Positions 24,101-38,976 of a DNA stretch of 64,000 nt are shown in pieces (the first letter of the stretch is position 1; each line of letters starts with the position of its first letter). The DNA comes from Phoronis australis. Its lineage: Eukaryota > Animalia > Phoronida. The stretch is taken from the NCBI GenBank assembly GCA_002633005.1, contig NMRA01000335.1:186001-250000 (forward strand), in the 5' to 3' direction. A model generated the notes under the pieces. It did no database searches, was not told where the DNA came from, and saw only the letters and a list, made by a program, of their open reading frames with translations. The position numbers were made by a program, and so were the translations under genes.

Positions 24101-27100
24101 GTTAGCAAAATTAGAAATGTTTATATTCATGGCCTTGGATGACAGTGACACCTGCCGCAGACCATCCACTACAAGATTGTTTGTTACGGCTGGTATAGTT
24201 TCAACCAATCAGGGACTCTCTTTTACCGAAGCCCAGAAACCTCTTTTCATCTGAATTAGTTTCAAGGATTTGTAGCTGCTCTAAACCTAACAGCACATAA
24301 AATGATGGGTCGCTGACTGCAATGCACGTCTTTCACTGGAGCGCATGCCTTATACACCCGTGGAGGAAAAGCCGTTCGAATATGTGACGCATTTCTACCG
24401 ATTAGCATCAGCGGATAACTGCGCTATTAAAATCAATATAAACTGGCTTTGAAGGCTTCTGGGTCACGGCTTATACTTACACTGTAGATGTTACACGGCT
24501 TCAAGGAAGGATAAATAGATGTCACAGGCTTTGCGTGGGTTGATGATTTTGTGTATGCCCGGGTATCTCTTCTTGGAGTCGTTCCCTGCCTTAGCAGAGG
24601 CCACCAGAAATGTAGACTACATGTATGCTCTTAGGTACGATAAAAACCTGTAGTCACGTGCATGGTACACTGTGCGAATTACATGGTTATTGTTATTTAT
24701 ATGAACTACCCATGTCTGCGTGATCAACGCAACTGTCGTTATCCGCCAAAATGATTTCTCCTGGTAGTCTCCCACCATACGACTGTGTTTGATGAAACTA
24801 AAAATGACAAGGACTTTGGAGAACTCGGTATGATGTAGTGGAGGTAATTAAGTTCAGGTGACGGGAGAGTGTATTAACCTCATAGTCGATCCTGGCTTCA
24901 ATGAAAATTGACATATTTCACTGCTGAAGTCTTGCAAATCATCGCCCGATCAACTCAAAAGATTGGATTTCCTAGGCTTGCGTGATGTCCAACTCGTTTG
25001 TTGGACAAAACAATTAACAATAGATGTCGCTGTATGCCCTATTTAAATGTAGCATTTCGCTTCCATTTGCTTCAAAAGCTTCCATTACCGCGTATTAAGT
25101 TAGTGCTACATGTCCATCCTGTCACTGATATTTCCACCTGTTACCACATTCGCTATTTTCATACTAAAAACATATCATAAAATCTAGTAACGTCAGGATT
25201 CAAAACTAATGCTAAGTCGATAACTGCTTCATTTCATCTAGCTGCTTTCGCCTCGTGCAATGCCTCTTTGCTGAATTACTTTTTTAGCTAACTTACAAAA
25301 CGTCATCGACCACCAACACAGTTGTTTCGTAGTTCATGGTGATCCAGTTTATCCATGCTTATTTCAACAGGTTTGCCTTTTTCTAAAAGCCATAAGTGCA
25401 CCTTACCCGGCCACAGCAGTGGAAATTTGTCAGCATTGTAATACCAAGAAAGGTAAAAAACGGTGTTTGTATACCAGCAGGTTGAAACCTGCTGTCCGCA
25501 GGGGATCAGTAGGTGGCGCTGAAAGTCTGTCCACCGAAGATCTGATCCAGTCTCCGTCTGGCCAAAGATACTAGAATATCTTTGGGAGTAGTGCAATTCA
25601 GTATGGCGCAACTATTTCGATCGAAAGTCAATGTTAGTTATTGGTAATGCAATGTAGATGTCAGGTGTTTTCTGCTTCGATACTGAAGGCACGTGAATCA
25701 GTCAACCCGGCTGTTATCCACCGTCGTCAAACCGTCACAGCCAAAAACCCATTCTAATGAAGGGAATGAGGCCACGAATTCAGTAATTCTAGGTTTTGTT
25801 TGAGCGACGTACATGTATTCTCGTAGTATCCGTCGAAATATCATTTTAAATAGAAGGACTTAACACTCGCACACATTGGGCCCCGATGTCACCCGAGGAC
25901 CCCGGGGCGGCAAGAGATGCAAGCACAAACTATATAGCCCTGGAGAAGTGAAAATTGTTGATTATTGGTCTCTCGATTACCGTCTTTCAGATGCTTGAGG
26001 AACTGCTTCAATATATATCGAATAGAATCATCCCATCTACAATGTCGTGTAATTCTCATAGAATTATTATAAGAAGAACGGATAGTAGACAGTTGACTCG
26101 GAGAAAATTTAAATTCATTGGGTATGAAAAAGGTGTGAACTGTGCTAAACTGGAGTAATGCCAAAACGTCACAAGCCGCTTGAGATGACCGAGTACACAG
26201 AACACAGGACACTGATTATCGAACGTCGTTTCCTAGTTTGATTTGCCCTGATAGAATTACTCCAACCAAGACAGAATTAAACATGTCATCTTGAAAAAGG
26301 CGTTGAAAAGAACAGAATCTAGTGACTAAAGTTGGAAATGAATATTTCCTGAAAGGCACTACGCTCTGTTGCAGTGCCACCATTGTGTGATGTCACGTTT
26401 CAAATTCACAATTCGAATTGAAATTTTCTCACAACTTGATTTTGTTTGATGAAACAGAGGATATTAAACGAAGACTCCATGTTAGCTGTCTACGACTCAT
26501 CTTCAAAATATCGTGGAAATATTTGAAGTATTTCGGTTAAGCGTATAGTTGAACAGTGACTCCAACTTCAATCAATAATTCAAACGTTTCTGTAAGTTTA
26601 TGTGCATCTGGTCAGCCAAGGTAGATACGTGTGTGGTTTTTGTAACAGCAGCTTAAAGGACCGAATTGACCTGACTCAACGAAACGGTTGTCAATCAACA
26701 TATGGCGGGATCAGTTGCAGCAATTGATAATTGCAGTTGAGATTTTCTAATTTTGTCGGTTTCAGAATTATTTGACTAGTTATGCATGACCATACTATGC
26801 ATCCCGTCGGATCACCACAAGTTTACCCATCATCACGATTCAATTAAAGCACTGATGAACACTACACATGACATGTCTCGCTTATAGCATCGGAAAACTG
26901 TTCCCTGCAATGGCTCCCAAATTCATGACCGGACTCTGGGTGGTCAAGCAGTCAAAAAACACGACGCACCGTCGCATTCATACTGACTATCAAACATGGC
27001 TTATCCACCGCAGGGTTCATAGGAGAGAGAGGGCACTTAAGGCTGAGGCCGCGGCCAATTTGGTGTGCTAAAATATTCAAATCTAGGAGTAGGGCCAGGC

Positions 27101-29387
27101 TTGGGGACAATTTTAGGTAGTGTTGCATGTAGGGTCACTGACTGTGGTTTTTTGTATTTGTGAACATGCTGGGAATGAAAGGGGACAACTTGATCGGATT
27201 TAGCTACACGTCCCTTCCTCAAGATGGCGGCCTCCGGTTACATTTATTGCTGAGTAGCGACTGAGAAATTGGCTGCGATTTCAGGTAGCCCTCAAACAAG
27301 TCGGAATTGCAAATAACTAGCTGAGTGACAGTACTTTTAGACCACATATTTGGAATCTGTACCAATATAAGTGTTGGCGTATGTCGTGTATCGGTAGGGA
27401 AATAGTGGTTTTGAGGTGAAAAGTCACGATTTTGTGTTTTATCTTCTTTTTTCTCAGTCTACCTTGCTTTTCAGTTGGAGTGAAAGGGACAAAAATGTGA
27501 GAATGGAGTTTCTCTACTCCGTCTGCAGGGCTTGTGATATGAAATGACTAAACACTTTTCATTCTCTGAATACAGTTTTGGACGGAATGAAAAATGGGTG
27601 ACGAGTCTATTGACGTTTGTTCTGATAGGAAATCCCCACTGAGAGCTGTTTTTGCCCCCAGAGGTGTAAATTTCTAAGTGCGCAAGCAACGTTTTTCGGG
27701 AAGCCTGCATCGACGTGACAGTAGCGCTACCTATTGATGGAGTTAGTCGTCAGCGTGTGAAACATTTAGGTCAAGCATCAAATTTTGATTTGTTCTAATG
27801 GCTTGAAGTCATTCGACTTCAACTGCGTTTTCGGGATGTCTAAATCCGTTTCCGCGTCGATTTATGTCAACATTATTGAGACAAACGTTTGAAATTTTGC
27901 TTATCCTACACGTACACAGCGCATATACTGTTAGGCCAATATGATAAGCTCGACTGATTTGTTTTTTCAAAGTTAGCAACTGAACCGTAAACTACCAAAT
28001 TAACTGTCTCATGCATGTCTAATGTCCCTGTGTTTGGGGACTCGTGATAACACGGCTGTTTAAAACATTTTACACGTTCAATGATTTGTGACTCTTCCTG
28101 CTTCTGCGAGAACTCGGTCATGGCCATGATGATTGACCTTTCGGTGGTGTTCGCATTGGAGAGAGTTACAGTACGTTTACATTGCATGCATAGTTGAAAA
28201 CAATACGATGACAAACAATGCGTGTTCTGTAAAATCGTACCCTTTCTGTTGCAATCCAAGAAAAAATTTTGAGTGGAAGAATCTGGCCTCAATGACATCA
28301 AAATTATCACAACATTTCTTACATTTTAGAAACAATGGCCTTATATTTTGAGACGGGTATATTAAATCCCAAATTGAGCTACCTATGCAAGTGTTAATAT
28401 TTGCTGACAAAGTAAGGCAGTCAATTTTATCTATTTTCGTTTCCCCACGTTTAAATTTTTCTGTCCACACTCATTGCGTGCAATTTATACCCTACTAGCT
28501 TCTAGCGGATGCTTTACTCCTACACTGGGATGAGTTTATTACACAAGAAATAGCCGCTACAAACCCCTCCAATTTTCGACTTATGTGTCTGTTGATCGGA
28601 CATGCATGCCGTTTTGAAAATCTGCCCGCACAAGTCTTAGGAACGCACCCACTGTTCTCGTTGCTGGGAACATTCTCTTAGATTCTGGAGCATCAAAACT
28701 CGAATCCGCAGACCTTAGTCGTATTTTTATTTCTTCTCATAACAATTTATCGTCTACTATAGGCCAATGTGGAAACCTTTGTCGGGAGTTGTTCCTTTAA
28801 CAAATGCGAGCATTGGAAAACTAATTCAGTTTTTATTATTTGATGAAGAAGAAACACTGGAAATGCCATTTTTTTGGTTTTCTAGTTCCGTGCAAAATTC
28901 ATCAACTTCAGTTTTAGTTCATCATTTTCAGCATGTAGTCTCGGTGACTGCCTTTGTCTCATCAGTGCCCTTTTCTCACTGGTGGAAAATTTTCAATTGA
29001 TGCAGCCATTTTCAAACTGACAAGCATGTGAACTTCTTATTGGCTCCGCAGTTCGAATTGGTTTTGACCGATCCTTTCATCCTCAGTTTTAAGCTAACGT
29101 TTTGATTTCCTTTGAGACAAGCTGTAATAGACAAGCGAAGTGCTTCTTTCACCACAAATTCTCTCATTATATGCCAACTGGCAGTGTGACCGAAATCAGG
29201 AAATTAAATTAATTATTGGGGTCGGATTCATCTTCCTCTGTAGTGTTTAAAAACTAAAAAAATGCAGCGGAAAATTTGAATAATTACTACAGGCAACGAA
29301 AGTCTTTAATAAAGCAATAATTATTCACAAGTCATACACGGTGTCTCATTTTTGATAGGTTACACAAATATTTTGCTTTCTTTTCAG

Positions 29388-30348
29388 GCTTTCTCTAATT
29401 CTGGATATACGCCAGATGAATTTGAGCAAAGAGTTTCTGTAACATTACATAACTTGGACAATCGAAGTTGGCCGTACGATAGCTTGAAGGATAGAAAATC
29501 GCAATCGGACAGCACAAAACCACAAACCAGGATGGCATTTGCAACTGGATGGGCCAAAAAGTTTACAGACACTTTATCTGAGACTATTGATTCCGTAAAA
29601 ACCTACGGTTCCAACGTGCAGGGTAGTAAATTAGCTATACCTGTTCCCGGGCTCAAGCAGGCTAATGGGACTACGCCAACAGACGGGCGCCCTGGAGATT
29701 TGCCAAGAAGTCCAAGCGCAAGCGCAAATAGATCATTCTTCGGACTCCCCAACAGAAACTTATTAACGGAAGGATCACCCATAAAAGCTCTTACGTCACC
29801 TATCAAGTCCCCTGTCGTGCAAGATAAAGTTGAAAAATCACCAGTCAAAGAGCCGTTGATCGATTCCTCTGACGGCTTTGGATTTGAGTCCGAGTTCGGC
29901 CGTGAGAGGTCACTGAGTAATGCATCACAGACGAGAGAAGTGAACGGCGATGCGCATGACCACGGCTACCACAATGCGAAGATCGACGAAGAGCCAGAGT
30001 TGGACTTATTTGATCTAGAGGAGTTTGGCGTACCTATGCAGTCATATGTAAGCGAAAAGAAAATGTCGAACACACAAGGCGGCGAACTCGACCCCTCGTC
30101 CACTACCATGGTTACGCATCGCGTGCCAACAGAAGAGGACGAACCGGAAAAACATGAAAACAAATGCCTCGGAGCTATAAAGCGATTCCTGCAAGACAAT
30201 AGATACCCTGACGGGGACGGGGACGACATTCTCATGCAGTCTACGGAGGGGAATGAGATGTTGAAGAGGGTGTTAAACATAATGTTTTTAGCCATCGGTG
30301 TCTCACTCTTTGTTGCCGTTGTCGTGGTTGTGATATATGCTGTTGTTG
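29388..30348 (+). CDS. Main exon of an uncharacterised Ser/Pro/acidic protein with a C-terminal transmembrane helix
   Basis: Longest ORF in the window (337 aa); strong CTTTCTTTTCAG acceptor and G|GTAAGT donor; 961 nt; hydrophobic VLNIMFLAIGVSLFVAVVVVVIYAVV at its end. Confidence 0.88.
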
Positions 30349-32691
30349 GTAAGTATCCTAATTAATTATTTTAATATTATCCAAAAAGTCGGTGGATGTT
30401 TTTTTTTTCTTGAGAAGCCAAGTACCACTGCAGTAGGCATTAAATACGCAAAGACCTAACTTGTCAGAACACTTGATAATTCACCCAAGCATACAAAAGA
30501 CTGTGCTTTAATGTTTGTGGAGTTCAGTATTTAGACTATACAGTATGTAGTACAGGTTCTGCACTGCTTATGGCAAGCTGTGTTCATATAACTACAACTA
30601 ATGAAATCGGAAATTTTCTGGCAACATACCAGAAAATTAACTGTGTTATTTTCAAAATCCGTACCCAACATACCCATTACCTTTGAAGCATATTGTGATA
30701 ATTAATTTAATAACTCAGTCCGCTGCTGACTCGCGCCATCCGTTTGTCATTATCTAACATTCAAACTCGATCGTGTCCGCTTCCTAATACAGTTTAATTT
30801 ATGTTCCACTGACATACGCGAAACACAGAACATGTACTTGTATTTGCTTACCAGCATACAGGTAGATTATTAGCATGAAACCCTATCAGTAATACATGTA
30901 CGAGTTTATACAGGCACATTTATGTGCACAGCCGCCAGGCGTTCCAGTTGGGAGAATATCGTGGTTTGCCGACTGGGTGAAAGTTCGTTCGACAGTAGTG
31001 TTCGTGAAACGTTTTTAATAACGTTTATCACTATTGACTTTCGCTTGAAATAATGGAGTATATTTTGATACATTTAATGCCCATACTTGATGATTGGGGA
31101 AAGGTCCTTTTTAAGCCATCTTAACCACGATCTCGTCACATGAATCCGTACACGGACAGAACGTACATTTTTCGAGCAGCACTTTGAGAATTTGATACAG
31201 AAAAACGAAATTCCTCGAGGACTCTGCTCAATTTCCCGTCATTTTCAGAATAAACAGCAATTCTAACCTAAACGGGATGCTTGTTATGGAGGTGAGATAG
31301 GTACCTGTACTAAACTACTGTTGAAGTTGCGAAATTACACTCAGACCATGACGACGTCAGCGACATTGACGGATATGTCAAGCTCTGAAACGTCTTCGAT
31401 ATAATTCTATAGTATTCACTGTCAAACTACCTCACTCCGCCATTTTATAGCTGATGGATATCCTAAAATACATGTATGTGACTATAGATAAGCCACTTTT
31501 CGAAAGCTTTTCGTGACATTATTTGTCAGACCAGGACAACTAATGAATTGAAACAATAGTTAATTCACGTCCTTATCTCAGTGGCATTACAGCGCGCCAA
31601 AGAACAGCGACAAAAACACGGCGTGTTCATATTGAATTAGATTTTACATGTAGGTCAACGTATCTCTAATCAAACCATGAATTGTCAGAGAATGCTTGCG
31701 ATAAGTCATCCGTGAATGACGATATCTTACTTTAGCACTGCAATACAAAAACTGTATAGGGAAATGTTTCTTTGCAGAAATTATTTAATTGGTCACTGAA
31801 ATATTGCGCAGTACAGGTGCATGAACCCGATGACAGACTTGACAGATCAGATTCACGCTGTACTTTACACACTTTTCCTCCACACGCTATTAAAGCGTTC
31901 CATATTGGCACGGGGGGGGGCGTCAAATTGGAACTTTAATGATTTTTGTGCAAACAAAAACGTTTCATAAACGAAAGCGAGTGGATGCCTTAAAAATCTG
32001 TAGTAGCTCTTTTTGAGATTTTGTCGTGAATAATAACTTTAAACAATCAAGGTCATGCTATTGGTATCGTTGTTTCCCTGTGAATGTACATTTTTTTGCT
32101 AAATGTTAATAAAAGATACGGTCACGTTACCAAATTATTGACAGATTGGTAGAAAGTAAAGAATCGACTTATCCAGGTGTTCTCTTTCATAAAAAATATT
32201 TATCTAAGCTAAATAACATTGTTATTGAAATATTTGGCTAAGTGCACACGCTTGTTATTATGATACGGAATAATCCTAAGGCGTTTTGTGCTCTGGTAGA
32301 AATAGTCCAGGAAACTAAGAACAATTTTGATGATTTTAGTCCTATACTGTAAAGTCCGCTAAAACCAAAACTGGAGCTGTCCTAGATAGAGTAGCCTTGT
32401 AGGTTTTTCCACACGGAAAATATGTGAAATAAGTGATGGGTGACAAGGATCTCATTTAACCTGAAAAAGTTAAAATTCTTAAGTTTCAGTTTTATACTAT
32501 AAACTGTAAGTCGGTGCAGAGTTTGACTAAAAACAGAAGGCATAAAATTCTAAATACTTTACGAACACATGGGTGCAAGCTTTCACTGGGAAATGGTCTG
32601 CAAGACACTTGCGAATAAAGCAAAATCAAACGTATTCGCATTTTTTGACAAAAATTGGCATGAAGTCAGCATAAGTAAGGATGTGCCAGTT

Positions 32692-32788
32692 TTTTGGATC
32701 AGACTCGGTCGTGTGAACCTTCTTTTGGATCAGACTCGGTCGTGTGAACCTTCTTTTGGATGAGACTCGGTCGTGTGAACCTTCTTTT
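32692..32788. repeat. 31-bp tandem repeat x3
   Basis: TTTTGGATSAGACTCGGTCGTGTGAACCTTC starts at 32692, 32723 and 32754. Confidence 0.95.
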
Positions 32789-35499
32789 CTGTCCACACCG
32801 ACGCTGGCCCGCTCTCGCCGCACGAGACCGATCTTGCTGCACACAACATACGAACATTGTACAATGCTCGTTGCTCGCTGCTTTCTCTAACCACTATACT
32901 CACTTGACATTTGGCGAAGATGTTTAAAGTTGATAAATTATTATTCGCAAGGGATTTGACGAAGAGTAAAGATCGAATTATGCATCGCAATGAATATAGT
33001 AAGTTGCGACTCAATTTCCACCCTTCTGTGGGAATGCACATAGTAGTCCAAGGTATAACTGATTAGACTAGCATCAAAATTAGTGGATTGAGTAACAGGG
33101 CTGTGTAAATCATCAATGGCGACAGAGCAGGTTGTTTATAGAAACATTTTAACGTTTTGATTAACAGTAACATCCTCCGCCCGCTCCTTATTACGAACAC
33201 CGTATTGTTTTGCCAGTTTTTCGGATTTTGTACAGACTTTTTTTGGTTCGTAAGACTTCTGTGCACGAGCAACCAAAGCCGATTGAGAAATTACTTGGGA
33301 GTAGCAACAAAAGAACATGGTTGGAGTGACATCACCAGTGCGGTTCGTGGGAAAGGAAGTGTAGCTCGTACCGTGAACTACTCGTCGCAAGGTTCAACAA
33401 ATTTGTTTTCAAGTCTCGTAGAAAAAATCATTAAGCGACGTGATATCAAATGTCTCGCTAAACACCAGGAACAGTAGAGTCGCTGAGCAAAACTGCGTGA
33501 TTGTCCTTCGTATATATATTATTTGCGTCGTAGTTCACGACGCATTTCTATGCTAATTAACTGAGAACGCATCATTATTAAATCGATGCCTTCAATGGAG
33601 GCTGGGCTTGGTCTTAGTAGATAAAACTGCTCGCCTAATATTGCGCGATGGTCACCCAATAGTCTAATTTCGTAATTTTTATTTCCTCGTTGGTGCATCA
33701 GGCGTTCAGATCATGAAACACGCGCCATTATTAATGAGCTTACACAATTCAATATTGAAACCAAAACATAAAACATAATTTTACCATCAAGGTCTATTAC
33801 GATGTGGCTAAAATGGTGTCGGCGATGACGACGAATACGGGTCCATAGATGACAGCAAGAAGGACGACCACACTAATAAAAACGAGCACGATATTCAAAA
33901 TGACCTGACCTCTGGAGTCAAAATTTAAAAGACGCTAAAGTGTCGAAACACAATAATCGCTGACTTTGTATTCTATTACCACGAAAAACATAAAAAGTAA
34001 TACCGCACAGTTTCTGCGCCCACAATTACTTTCTGAGGAATGCTACCTCCGTTATCTTAAAACGCAATCTTCAAACCAACGCGTTATTATCGCGCGCATG
34101 AATCTACTTGTACCATCACTTTATTGAAGCAATTTTCGACATTAATAAATGAAGTGCCTTGGCTATCATCGATCTTTCGTGCTCCCAGAATATTGCACAC
34201 AGTTCCCACAGTGTCAGACTCTTCGTTTTTCAACTAATCTATTTGCTATCTGATAAAAGAAAATGAAGTACACTCAATTTTCAGGGGAATTTGTAAAACG
34301 CTTCGTGAAGTGAACCGATGAAGCCGGCTCGTCGCGTAGGTAGGATGTACAAATTTTCCATCTACGCGAACGGTTCACGTAACAGAATGTTAAACACCGA
34401 AGATCAATATTTTCTACTTGAACTTGTATTTTTGCGAGTTCCCTTAAAGATCAGCAGACAGTATGAATGGTTGCACTCAACTCAGTCTAAGGGCAAGACA
34501 ATATGTCACCTTTGAGTGGTACGCATCTTATTAAAGAAGTCTTCATAGAGCTTTTGCAGAAAGCGTTATAGCTCAGAGTAGCAAATAATTAAACGACAAT
34601 GCAGTGTTCAAAACATTGATCGAAGGCAAAGAATTAGCCGCAGTCAGAGGCCGGGTGAGTGCCTTCACTCATGAAGTCTGGGGTCCGGGGCAGGTCTTCT
34701 TAAGCGACCGAAAAGAGGTTGTGGGGCAAAACTGCACACCGACCAATATGGGAGATATACATGTAGACTGGCATTGACTGGGGGCCTAGATACAACGGCG
34801 TTGTGTCGACAGGTTGTTTTAGTAAAAAATGTTTCTTCGGGGTGGAAGACCTAACAGGTCTGCCTTCCGTAGACGCAATACATCTCCGAAAAGGCTAGTG
34901 CTACTAAGTGCTTCGAATGTAATTCATGGCGACTATCTCCCGAAGACTTGCATGATCTTCCGCTTTTCGCGAAATTCCTACGTCTATGAATCGCAGCCCA
35001 GGGTTTAAAAGCAACTGAAAATCACGCTAGCCCTCTTGAGATATCACCATACATTACGAGCAGGCCACATGATCACACTGCCTTTATTCGCGAATGTCTT
35101 GCATTTACGGAACGCGCAGGAAGTGGAGAGAGAGAGCGGCCGAGCGGGTGAGGGGGGAGGGGGGAGAAGGGTATAGGGAGAGAAGAATGGGGCAGGGGCG
35201 GGACATCACGGGCGACAAAAATTCTCTGCCTGAGATCAGTATCAGCACGAATTTGAACCAGGACAACCTGTAATCGCAGCCAAGCGCCTTGCAGACGTAT
35301 TGAAAACCCACTCGATAAGTGGCAAAGTGTTTTGAACATGTAGTTAACACGTAAAATCACCGTCCAGTTCACCGAGGTGCAAGGGAGCAAGAGAAACAGA
35401 CGTCTTTTTCATGGAAGTGTCTTAAGCGTTAAGACAGAAATTTGGGGCATGTTTTATGAAAAGTGACTTGAAACTCTGAACAGAAATTTGGCATTTCTT

Positions 35500-36043
35500 T
35501 CAACACAGCTATTTCTGAAAAAAATAACTAAATCTCACTTGAGCAAAGTCTCTGAGAATACACTCATAACTGCTAGTTCCTGAGATAACTTCTATAAATT
35601 ATTTCTAGACTGTGATGCGCTCATAATTATTTGGCTAAACTTTATTCACCACCTGTAGGAGCGTAAGGCCAAATTACTGTCTTTAAGTCCCTTTTCATGA
35701 AACGGACCACAGGTCCTACGCTTCCTCTTCACCATTGCTGAAAAAAAGTTTAATTAAGTACATGTAATTACCAGTCATAGCAATTAGCAGTTATGTGTAT
35801 ATTTTCAGAGACTTTGCTCTTTTGCTCAAGATCTGCGCAATCACTTCATCACTGCTGAAAAAAGATTTAATCAAGCACGTGTAATTATCAGTCTCAGTAA
35901 TTAACAATTCTGTGTATATCATCAGAGATTTTGTACTTTTGCTCAAGTGAGATTTAGTTATTTTTCTGAAATAGTTGCGTGGATCGTAAGACCGAATTTC
36001 CCACTTAAGTCTCCAGTCCCTTTTCAAAAACAGATCCCACAGG
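35500..36043. mobile_element. Rearranged cluster of Harbinger-like MITE fragments
   Basis: Inverted blocks 35507-35545/35937-35976 and 35543-35575/35785-35817; two similar terminus-like motifs (GTCCCTTTTCAWRAAAC...CCACAGG) ending near 35713 and 36043 that resemble the 21120 terminus. Confidence 0.55.
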
Positions 36044-38976
36044 CCGAGGTCTAATATTTTTACTAAAATCGAACTCCAAATTATTATTTTAACATTTTCC
36101 GTTCTAAATTCGTGCGAACTAAGATGAGAGTCTATTGTTCTGTGCTCGAGTACATTATAGCTTATGCAAATTAGTTTCTAGTCGAAGAATTCAGACACGA
36201 AATTTTAGTCTCGACGATGGGATCATTAAGTGCAAACTAGGATTAGAAAGTTCTCCACCTAAGCTTATTATGCACTTGAGTATAGAATAAAAGACACTCA
36301 TCCTGAGTTCGCACAAAAGGCAATTTCTGTCAGCATGAGCAGCTACAGATGAACGTAGTTTTGCTAAAATTGTCTTATAAAGCATAATTTATTAATAGGT
36401 GACATTATAGCAATGCTTAATTGAGTCCACTTATCGTTAGCCGTGGGGATTCTTAACTAAAAGGTCGTGGGTTGGATGCCTGTCTTGCTGTATCCAACTC
36501 GTGTTATTGTGTCCCTTCCATGCAGGGGGCGTGTGGTCCAGGTCCCTACTAACTACATAGCTAATGTGAAACGCCGATATCTACTGAAGGATCTGTCACA
36601 CTCAAATTTGTCCTCAGAACTGCGTGCAAGCCGGTTTCAAGATCTTGATGAAACAGGCTGGGAACTGGCGCAAATGAACACGCAGTTCTGATAAAAAGTA
36701 TACCTCTCGCATGTTATACAGTGTATAATTCCTTGGAGTCGATCGAGTCCTTACTACTGTTGTGTGCAACACTCATGTGGTCACCACACGGGTTTCCTCC
36801 TGTTTTTGAGACGCCAGTGAGAACTTGGTATGACAGCCCTAAATTGCAGTGATGACCGCAAGGTGTAAAAGTTGCAACAGGAGGTAGGGGGGAGGAGTGA
36901 CGACTAAACGGATTGTGGCATGTGAGACGAGCGGACAGTCGGGGAAGTCTGGTGCCAACCGGCAACCAGTTTTTAAGGAAGTTGAATTTAGCCGTTCTTT
37001 TCAACAACTTTCACGTTCTTGCTCAGCCTGCTTTACCTATATCGCCTCATTCGACTTATTATAGTCGCATCGAAGAATGTCAGCTATAGCTGGGAATTTG
37101 CGGCGGAATTCTAGGTCCCCCTTCAGGAAAAGTCGTAGACTCCCGTCTGTTCATGCCAAAGATACATGGACCAGACCCACCAGCCGATCCTATGAGCCTG
37201 CTAACTCACCAGGGGTGTACATGTACATTACATCCATTACTCTACACTATACGAATTCAGATCAGCGACCAAGAGCCTACATGTGTGTACCCCTGACAAC
37301 AAATTCCATGATATCTCGAGAAAAATAATTTATTTGCGCGTTAACCATTCGCCACGGAGTGCTGTGTGGTATTAAATACTGCAATTAAGGTTGAATTAAG
37401 TTCATTCAGGTTTTCAAGTAGCTCTACATTAAAAGTTCGAATTATTATATGAGAATAGAGCGAACTTAGGTAATAAAAGGGAAATTTTACAATTGTACGA
37501 CACATTGCAAATTTATGATGAAAAGCTGAACTAATTGATAGGCATTAATGTAATACCAATAGAATTGTCATATTTACAAATGTTTTGAAAAATCACGGTT
37601 CACAAATTTTGAAATTTTATCTAATTACCTAGCCAGTGTTTATCTGATTATTACAAAATAGCAAATAATCTTTGTGCTTGCCTTGACGCTATCACGTGTT
37701 AGACACGTGATGTCAGAAAATAGTATTTTGTTTTCACAGTTTCACTTTAAAGAACTCAAACGAAGTTATTCTTTATTTTTTATTGTTTAGAATCGTTTGA
37801 AACGAACTTAAGTTACAACACTAGGTATTATGCTGAGTGATGAAACAGAAACGAAATAATCGATTGGTCAACATATCAGCGTTAAGTTAGATGTCAACTG
37901 CCAACAACCAGTTCCGGAAACACCACAGCGCCTCTCCCTAACTATTTGGTATACAGTATAACCACAATGCTTCGAGTCAGTAGAACACTTTCCCCCAAGT
38001 TGTACTCCACTGCCGCGTTCAGAACTGTTTTACATAAAATAGGTTGTCCTTTCGTTATTCTAATACTGATACTGCTGCAGTAAGTTACCATGTTGTCGTA
38101 AACACCCAGGAAAGCTGATCGGAGTGCAATAAATGTTATCGTTCTTCATTTGTGCCACTCAATCACGAAGTGTGTTAGCAGTCGTTATCTTTCCAATCTT
38201 TATCAATCATACATCCGCAACCGAGGAATGGTGAACTCAGGACAAAGGAATTCCTATTTTTGTGTAGAATTCACTTGACTCACTGGTTGGGTTTGACGAA
38301 TGCTCCAGGGGAGACATTTTGATTGGTTCATGAACCGGGTTTATATTGACCGCACCCAAATGGAACCTTTTAAGGTACAGTTACACTTAAGCATCAATGC
38401 CTAAGATGATAAATAATGGAACATTATCTTTCCCGCCACTTGCTCACCGGAAATCTCGTCTGGATTTCCCATATAGTTATATATTGTACTGCTATAAGCA
38501 GAATCATGTTCTCTACATAAAACATGACCATGGAGCAACCCGTATGAGCCGATTAAGCTTCAGACCCGGAAAATGTTGATCTCGTCTGTACTAACCAAGA
38601 AGACGAATTTCTGTAATCCTTTATGCATGCAAAAATGCCATTCTTTATGTAAAAAAACATTGTTTTCCTGATTAACCCGACCGACCTGGTGAGATGGTCA
38701 GTTCTCAATCATGTACGGGCTGAATACTTTCACCGTATTGAAGGAACTGAGTTTGACAAGTACAGGTCAACTGTAGAACTCTGAGTAGCGTCCTTGGTTT
38801 TGAGTTTAATCACACTGTACGTTTTTTTCAATGGCTATATGATAAAAAATAACTTTTTGCTCATGAGACGACATACTTTACCGCGAAGAGGGTACATTTT
38901 AAATGCATCCATAGCATCTTAATTCTTCCATACTCATGTAGTTTTGGCTCGAACTGCACCTACTGTAGTCAAATAT

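Noticed and set aside
25505-25522. CTCF-like motif CAGTAGGTGGCGCTG (similar motifs near 43492 and 62053)
   Set aside because: Short motif matches are expected by chance in 64 kb and cannot be supported without ChIP data.
27220-27255. AAGATGGCGGC (YY1-like / start-codon context)
   Set aside because: The ORF closes after 9 codons and no exon chain follows; it is probably inside a repeat.
28780-29015. Minus-strand MAASIENF... start with coding-like fragments
   Set aside because: It has multiple stops/frameshifts and no recognisable domain; possibly a decayed TE gene but not supportable.
32692-32788. 31-bp repeats resembling a CRISPR array
   Set aside because: Units are directly adjacent with no spacers, there are no cas genes, and the context is eukaryotic; it is a simple tandem repeat.
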